NCBI GenBank assembly: GCA_965209225.1
Contig: OZ242379.1
Span: 1,421,289-1,485,288 of the forward strand
DNA: 64,000 nucleotides
Source of the DNA: Thermodesulfobacteriota bacterium
Lineage (GTDB): Bacteria; Desulfobacterota_D; UBA1144; Nemesobacterales; Nemesobacteraceae
Direction of reading: 5' to 3'
Each line of letters begins with the position of its first letter. Position 1 is the first letter of the stretch. Position numbers and translations under genes: made by a program. This document shows positions 58,674-64,000 of this stretch, piece after piece. The notes under the pieces were generated by a model, which was not told the DNA's origin, ran no database searches, and was given only the letters and a program-made list of their open reading frames with translations.

Positions 58674-59459
58674 TCAGTTAACCTCCGCCCTGCTTATTAT
58701 CTCGTTTGCGAGTTTCATGTAGTTCTGCGCTCCGGTCGACTTGATTTCATACAGCAGAAGCGGTTTTCCGTGGCTTGGCGCTTCGGCGAGTTTCACGTTT
58801 CTGCTTATCACGGTGTCAAAGGTTTCTTCACCGAAGTGGTTCCTTACTTCCTCGGCCACGGAGTGACATATGTTGTTTCGGGAATCGAACATGGTCAGGA
58901 GATATCCTTCGACTTCAAGCGAAGGATTGAGCCTCTGCCTGGCGAGCGATATGGTCGTCTGCAGCTGACCTATTCCTTCAAGGGCGTAGTATTCGCACTG
59001 AACGGGTATCAGCACCCGGTCGGCCGCGGCGAGAGCGTTTATAGTGAGGAGGCTAAGAGACGGCGGGGCGTCTATGAATATGTAGTCGTATCCGGCTCTT
59101 ATACCGTCGATGACCTTTTTGAGACGGTATTCCCTGCCATCCGTTTCTATTAAATGTATCTCGGCCCCCGTGAGTTCGTGGTTTGCCGGACACAGGTGCA
59201 GGTAGCCGTTCAGAAGTTCCGGGTAGACATCAATTACGGTGTCCGCAAGCTCTGCTTCTCCCAGTATGACGCTGCAGACATTCTTTGAGTTGACCGATTC
59301 CTTGTCAATGCCGAGCCCCCCGGTCGCGTTTCCCTGGGAGTCAAGGTCTATGAGAAGCGTTCGGCGGTTTGCCACCGCCAGAGATGCCGAAAGGTTGACC
59401 GCGGTCGTGGTCTTGCCTACTCCCCCTTTCTGATTTACCACGCATATTACTTTTGACAT
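58674..59459 (-). CDS. parA: Chromosome partitioning ATPase ParA/Soj
   Basis: Deviant Walker A KGGVGKTT. Confidence 0.88.
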   Translation of the reverse strand: MSKVICVVNQKGGVGKTTTAVNLSASLAVANRRTLLIDLDSQGNATGGLGIDKESVNSKNVCSVILGEAELADTVIDVYPELLNGYLHLCPANHELTGAEIHLIETDGREYRLKKVIDGIRAGYDYIFIDAPPSLSLLTINALAAADRVLIPVQCEYYALEGIGQLQTTISLARQRLNPSLEVEGYLLTMFDSRNNICHSVAEEVRNHFGEETFDTVISRNVKLAEAPSHGKPLLLYEIKSTGAQNYMKLANEIISRAEVN

Positions 59460-59555
59460 TTGGCTGTGAAAAAATGATAAACTTGCCGGTGTTATCAGTC
59501 AAATGAGTCTTGGCGAAAATCCGCTTCCCCGGGCGGGGTTTCCGGAGGTTTAACG

Positions 59556-60008
59556 TTGATAAACAGGATATGCGTCGTTTTTTCGACTTTTTTCGGGGTG
59601 GGATACGTGCCCGGAGCCCCCGGAACCGCGGGAACTCTCGCGGCTGTCGGGGTCGTGTACCTGCTGAGACTTGCCGGCGGCGCGGTTTTTTATTCGGTAT
59701 TCACGTTGGGACTGATCCTTGTTTCTTTTATAGCCGCCGGCCGCTGCGCGGGGATTTTTAAAAGGAAAGACCCGCCCGAGGTCGTGATTGACGAGGTATG
59801 TGGATTTCTGGTGTGCATGCTTTTTGTAACGCCGGACCCGCTTAACCTTGCGGTCGGTTTTTTCCTTTTCAGGTTTTTCGATATAGCGAAGCCGTTTCCG
59901 GTAAGGAGGGCCGAGAGTCTTTCCGGGGGATACGGTATTGTTATGGATGACGTTCTGGCCGGGGTATACGCTAATCTCTGCCTTCAGGTACTCGTCCGGT
60001 TCTATTGA
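59556..60008 (+). CDS. pgpA: Phosphatidylglycerophosphatase A
   Basis: 150 aa with GVGYVPGAPGTAGT. Confidence 0.75.
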   Translation: MINRICVVFSTFFGVGYVPGAPGTAGTLAAVGVVYLLRLAGGAVFYSVFTLGLILVSFIAAGRCAGIFKRKDPPEVVIDEVCGFLVCMLFVTPDPLNLAVGFFLFRFFDIAKPFPVRRAESLSGGYGIVMDDVLAGVYANLCLQVLVRFY

Positions 60009-60040
60009 TGATGCCCGCTGTGTTTTTTGCGGAACCGGGT

Positions 60041-60466
60041 TTACGCGTAAAGCAGAAACGGATTCTGCGCGGTTACCGTGCCGTACATGCGGCCGTGCTG
60101 GAAATCTTCTGAGAACAGTTCCCGTATGCCGTGAACTTCAGCGTAGGCCCAGATATGCGCGTCAAACCACGACAGTCCGTATGCCCCCGCTCCGCGCAGG
60201 GCCATTCGCAGTACAGATTCATCGGGATAGATAATCGGCAACTGGGCCATCAGTTCTTCCGCTTCGCGTCTTGCGTCCGCAAATTCAAGGATTCGATTTC
60301 CTGGTGCTCCCCGGGTTGTCGACGCGACGAATTCAATTATTGACTGGTGCGTGATACGTAAATACCCGCTTTCGGCCCCCTCGCGAACAATCCGCCTCGC
60401 AATCCGTTTCTTGTCCGGGAACCTGCCATCGTAACAATAGACCAGTATGTTGGTGTCAATCAGCAT
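60041..60466 (-). CDS. vapC: PIN-domain toxin VapC
   Basis: MLIDTNILVY start with acidic residues of the PIN fold. The start was chosen at the internal Met overlapping the antitoxin stop. Confidence 0.7.
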   Translation of the reverse strand: MLIDTNILVYCYDGRFPDKKRIARRIVREGAESGYLRITHQSIIEFVASTTRGAPGNRILEFADARREAEELMAQLPIIYPDESVLRMALRGAGAYGLSWFDAHIWAYAEVHGIRELFSEDFQHGRMYGTVTAQNPFLLYA

Positions 60467-60752
60467 TCGGGCTGCCCCGAGTGTAGAGTTCTTCCCGGGT
60501 CCAGCCCCGATCAGTCGCTGGGGCTCGTGTCCTTCCCGCTTCACGGGCATCATGCCGGGCCATTGCCTCATCAAACATACGCAGACGAGTTTCAGTATCG
60601 AGTTCTTTTTTCTGCATACGGGCATTGGGGGGCACAACGCGGATGGTCTCTCCGGCCTCCTCAAAACGTATATCATCCCCAGGCCGGATTCCGTAACGCT
60701 CGGCAATTGCTTTTGGCACCGTTACCTGCAGTTTGCTGCTTACTTTAGCCAT
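60456..60752 (-). CDS. vapB: AbrB/MazE/SpoVT-type antitoxin VapB
   Basis: N-terminal swapped-hairpin motif LQVTVPKAIAERYGIRPGDDI; overlaps vapC by 11 nt. Confidence 0.65.
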   Translation of the reverse strand: MAKVSSKLQVTVPKAIAERYGIRPGDDIRFEEAGETIRVVPPNARMQKKELDTETRLRMFDEAMARHDAREAGRTRAPATDRGWTREELYTRGSPNAD

Positions 60753-61128
60753 ATCTTTACTCTATCAAAGAAAATTTCTTTGTCAATTGTGTCGCAAGGA
60801 ATCTGCGGGGTCGGAAAATGAAAATGACTGTCATTGCGGCCTCTACATCCTGCCCTGCCATCGAAACGGATTCGCTGTTCATTTATTTCGCGGTAACCAG
60901 CATCAAAAAGAAGGTTGGCAAAACCGATTGCTAAGCAGATTCCAAACGGGAACAAGATTGCTTTTGAGGCGTTACCAGAACAGATGCTTCCGGGTGAAGC
61001 GTCTCAGGAAGAAGAGCGAACATCCGATCAAGTTCCGGCCACCCTCTCTCTTTTTTTCGCCCATGCAGATTTCGTCAATCTCTATCTCACCGAAGAACTG
61101 GTTAGCATCCGGCCTGTCTGTCTCTCCT

Positions 61129-61464
61129 TCAGTCGCCGTAGGCAAACATTTCCCGTAACACATCCGCTACCTCCCGCGCGCGCGCATCCGGCAGAACGCC
61201 CAGCCGTCTGACCAGGCGAGACTTGTCCACGGTTCTTATCTGATCGAGCACTACTTGGCCTTTTTTCCGCTGAAAGGTGACATTCACGCGACTGGGGTAG
61301 TATCTCTGCGTTGAAGTCATCGGTGCTACTATGACCGTGCGGATGTACTGGTTCATCTCATCAGGAGAAATAACTACGCATGGCCGCATCTTGCGGATTT
61401 CCGACCCCCGCGCGGGGTCCAGGTTGACCAGGTATATATGATATCGCCGAACCTGCTCTACCAC
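61129..61464 (-). CDS. mazF: MazF/PemK-family endoribonuclease toxin
   Basis: YLVNLDPARGSE and RPCVVIS motifs. Confidence 0.75.
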   Translation of the reverse strand: MVEQVRRYHIYLVNLDPARGSEIRKMRPCVVISPDEMNQYIRTVIVAPMTSTQRYYPSRVNVTFQRKKGQVVLDQIRTVDKSRLVRRLGVLPDARAREVADVLREMFAYGD

Positions 61465-61709
61465 GTCCAGTCCCCGACGTCAAAATCGTTTTCAAGCCCG
61501 GCAGGAACAAGCGGCGCGTCGTCACCGACGGTCGCCATTTTTTCAAAGGCCGCACCCCAGCCCTCGCGCGCGCTCCGTAGCGGCGCAAGCATGATGACTC
61601 CGTTCTCAACACGCATCTCAATCTCGTTGCCCAGGCCGCACTGCTTGATAACCGAGGAAGGGATACGAATTCCTTTTGAATTGCCGATAGATATAAGATC
61701 AATCTTCAT
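61458..61709 (-). CDS. mazE: MazE/AbrB-family antitoxin
   Basis: MKIDLISIGNSKGIRIP; overlaps mazF by 7 nt. The start was taken at the internal Met. Confidence 0.65.
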   Translation of the reverse strand: MKIDLISIGNSKGIRIPSSVIKQCGLGNEIEMRVENGVIMLAPLRSAREGWGAAFEKMATVGDDAPLVPAGLENDFDVGDWTW

Positions 61710-61758
61710 GGGTTTATCTCCTTGTGTAATTACATTGTAATCACCACGTAGGCAGGTT

Positions 61759-62135
61759 TCAAGATCGTCGCCTCGCTTCTTCGGCATCTGGCTCGCCAGG
61801 ATTATCACTGCGAGAATTGGTCATTATTTCTCCGTTGTCGATTATGTCCCGCGCTTTCGCAAAGTCGGCGACAGTTATTTCAGGATGATTCTTGTGACTT
61901 TTGTCCCTCCGGTCGGCAAAAAACTTTACTGAATGGATTTTCCCCGCCCCGAAGATTCTCCTTGTCTCCGCATCCATAACCACAATCGGAAACATCCCCC
62001 GACCTTCCCCTCGAAGAACCTTCGCGGGAACCCCGGCCATCCCCGTGCTTTACGTCCGAGTTGAAATTCATACCAGAAAGCGGCATCAGCCAAGTCCATT
62101 TCCGCTTCTTCGCGGAACCGGATTTCGTAACTCAC
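61759..62135 (-). pseudogene. Probable frameshifted RelE/ParE-family toxin
   Basis: The 61926-62135 frame begins with the RelE/ParE-like N-terminus MSYEIRFREEAEMDL and then degenerates. The adjacent 61759-62040 frame continues the coding potential. Confidence 0.35.
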
Positions 62136-62283
62136 AGTTTTTTGCGAATTTCCGAAATGACCTCATCTGCGGGTCTTCCTGGATATTTAGCAGTTCGTAT
62201 GCGTCAAGCCCTTTGTCAAGCTCGGCTTTCTGTTCGGATGAAAGAGAAATGGAGTTCTGGTCAGAGGCGATGCTGTCCCACAT
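62086..62283 (-). CDS. Putative addiction-module antitoxin
   Basis: 65 aa with LSSEQKAELDKGLD. It is positioned upstream of, and overlapping, the ParE-like remnant. Confidence 0.45.
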   Translation of the reverse strand: MWDSIASDQNSISLSSEQKAELDKGLDAYELLNIQEDPQMRSFRKFAKNCELRNPVPRRSGNGLG

Positions 62284-62717
62284 GTCTTCTGCAAGGCGAA
62301 TCCGTTCATCGACCGGCAGATTTTTCAGACTATGATCCAGGGCAGTTAAAGTATCTTGAATTCCGTGATTTGAAAAAACTGGGTGTCATTAGTCGCGAAA
62401 TCGGGTAGCATGCAATAATAATAGGGACTTACAGATGATGGACGAAAGTGTTTGAGGCGGGGGACAGGATGCTCGTGTACGACCAGTGTCTACCCATGGC
62501 GGAAATTCGTGCCGAAGGTCCTGAGTGAGAAAACATGAGTCTTCAGATGTTTCGTACGTGAACGGCAAAGTGCACAGGGCCTTTCACCTCTTTTTTCGGG
62601 ATGGTGAAGGAGAAAGAAGGGGTGTGGTCTCCCGGTTCAGGATGGATGCGAACAGGGGTGTCCCATAGAGGAAAATTCGATTCGGCTGGAGTTTCGTGAG
62701 AAGAGAGAGGATATGAG

Positions 62718-63026
62718 ATGATTCCCACTATAGAGGAGCGGGCCGAGGAACTGAGATGTCTGTGCCTTCATTACGGGGTTAGGCGTCTCGACCTGTTCGG
62801 TTCGGCTGTAACAGGCCGGTACGACCCGGAAAAGAGCGACTTGGACTTTCTGGTCGAATTTCAGCCGTCGGCATTCGACGCTTATGCGGACGCCTATTTT
62901 GGCTTGCTGGAGGCTCTCGGGCAGCTCTTTGGACAGCCCGTCGACCTGGTCGTGGAGTCGGCCATCAAGAACCCTTACTTCCTGCAATCAGTGGAGCAGA
63001 CGAGGATTCCTGTCTATGAAGCTTGA
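62718..63026 (+). CDS. mntA: MNT nucleotidyltransferase antitoxin
   Basis: GSAVTGRYDPEKSDLDFLVEF minimal nucleotidyltransferase motif. Confidence 0.75.
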   Translation: MIPTIEERAEELRCLCLHYGVRRLDLFGSAVTGRYDPEKSDLDFLVEFQPSAFDAYADAYFGLLEALGQLFGQPVDLVVESAIKNPYFLQSVEQTRIPVYEA

Positions 63027-63363
63027 GACTCGAAAACACCTGTATGATATCCAACACGCTGCAAATCTGGTAAAAGAGTTCACAAATGACAAGACCTTTG
63101 TGGACTATGAAAGCGACTCCATGTTGCGGTCGGCTGTGGAGCGCCAGTTTGAGATCATTGGCGAGGCGATGACCAGTCTCGCCAGAATAGACAAACCGGC
63201 GGCGGAGCGAATCAGCTACTATCAACGCATTATCGCTTTCCGCAATATCCTTATTCACGGATACGCCAATGTGGACGACCGCTTGGTGTGGGATGTAATT
63301 AAGACCAATCTCCCGGTCCTCGAACGCGAGGTTGATGCCATCCTGAAGGAAATCAAATCATGA
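63016..63363 (+). CDS. hepT: HepT (DUF86) toxin
   Basis: R(x4)HxY motif RNILIHGY. The ATG at 63016 overlaps the MNT stop. Confidence 0.75.
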   Translation: MKLETRKHLYDIQHAANLVKEFTNDKTFVDYESDSMLRSAVERQFEIIGEAMTSLARIDKPAAERISYYQRIIAFRNILIHGYANVDDRLVWDVIKTNLPVLEREVDAILKEIKS

Positions 63364-63503
63364 TGACTGGAAAATACCTGCAATTATAACGAGCGCTGTT
63401 ATGCAGAAGATATTCGTCTTTCAGTCTCTTGTCACGTGGTTGATAAGGTTTTGGAAAACTTGTCTTCCCGTGGGGTTTTCTTACCGGTTAGAATTACCCG
63501 GCA

Positions 63504-64000
63504 ATGTGCGTTGAGGTAATCACGACCGGAAACGAGATAATGAGCGGTCTTACCCGGGATACCAACTTCAGCTGGGTGGCCGCGGAACTGTCCTCATACG
63601 GCATTGAAGTTAAGCACCACTGCGCGGTTGCCGATAATCTTGAGGATATTCTCGCTTCTTTTGTCACGGCCTCAAAAAGAGCCAGATTTGTCATAGTCAC
63701 AGGAGGGCTCGGCCCCACCGAGGATGATCTGAGCGCGCTTGCAGCCTCGAAATTTCTGGAAGTTCCTCTTGTTTTTAATCCAGAGCTCTACGAAAACATT
63801 GCTCTAAAGCTAAGGAAGAGGGAAAGGGAACCCAACATCCATCACGAAAAACAGGCCATGTTTCCTGAAAAAGCGGCGGTTATCGAAAATTCCGTCGGCA
63901 CGGCCGCAGGCTTCAGTTTTCTCTCCGGCAACTCGAAATTCTACTTTCTCCCCGGTGTTCCGAGAGAATTCAGGCGTATGTTCAGAGAATATGTTCTCCC
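63504..64000 (+). CDS. cinA: CinA-like competence/damage-inducible protein, N-terminal MoCF-binding domain (partial; runs off the window end)
   Basis: VEVITTGNEIMSG...VIVTGGLGPTEDD. Confidence 0.7.
   Translation, partial: MCVEVITTGNEIMSGLTRDTNFSWVAAELSSYGIEVKHHCAVADNLEDILASFVTASKRARFVIVTGGLGPTEDDLSALAASKFLEVPLVFNPELYENIALKLRKREREPNIHHEKQAMFPEKAAVIENSVGTAAGFSFLSGNSKFYFLPGVPREFRRMFREYVL

Noticed and set aside
59460-59555. Possible parS site upstream of parA
   Set aside because: I could not find a match to the tgtttcacgtgaaaca consensus by eye. It is left uncalled.
1-64000. CRISPR array search
   Set aside because: I found no series of regularly spaced 25-40-bp direct repeats. The only repeats are IS termini, IS fragment duplications and homopolymer tracts.

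Overview
This is a 64 kb bacterial chromosomal window. The organism is diderm, judging from lnt, lgt, lolA and tolB. Arg codons are AGA/AGG-rich and GC content looks moderate, both judged by eye only. Housekeeping genes present are rplU-rpmA, alaS, rpoH, tRNA-Asn, uvrA, glyA-nrdR-tatD-pdxA, nuoABCD, lolA, ftsK, nuoN, a cysM sulfur-relay cluster, purSQ, parAB and pgpA. Accessory and mobile DNA is interleaved with these genes. An AbiEi/AbiEii module sits at the 5' end. An IS nest lies between alaS and rpoH: an IS4 element with a 9-bp TSD, and an IS5 element inserted inside a second IS that carries a 604-aa transposase. Downstream of uvrA is a block of IS fragments and a complete IS1634 transposase. 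A single gene with a PD-(D/E)xK motif and atypical composition is inserted after nuoD. An OLD-like ATPase + DUF4276 pair sits near purQ. The 3' end carries four TA modules: VapBC, MazEF, a degraded ParE pair and HepT/MNT. The most interesting locus is a tightly coupled 7-gene plus-strand operon at 28188-36528, lying between the IS junk and glyA. It encodes a cysteine desulfurase, a DndC/SspD-like PAPS-reductase-family PP-loop protein with a C-terminal Cys cluster, a DUF262+DUF1524 (SspE/GmrSD-like) protein, a minimal SNF2 ATPase, two ParB-like proteins and an MBL-fold nuclease. It has no DndD/SspC-type ATPase and no DndB/DndE/SspB. This composition does not match canonical Dnd, Ssp, Dpd or BREX systems, so I read it as a candidate undescribed DNA sulfur-modification and restriction system. 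No CRISPR array was seen.
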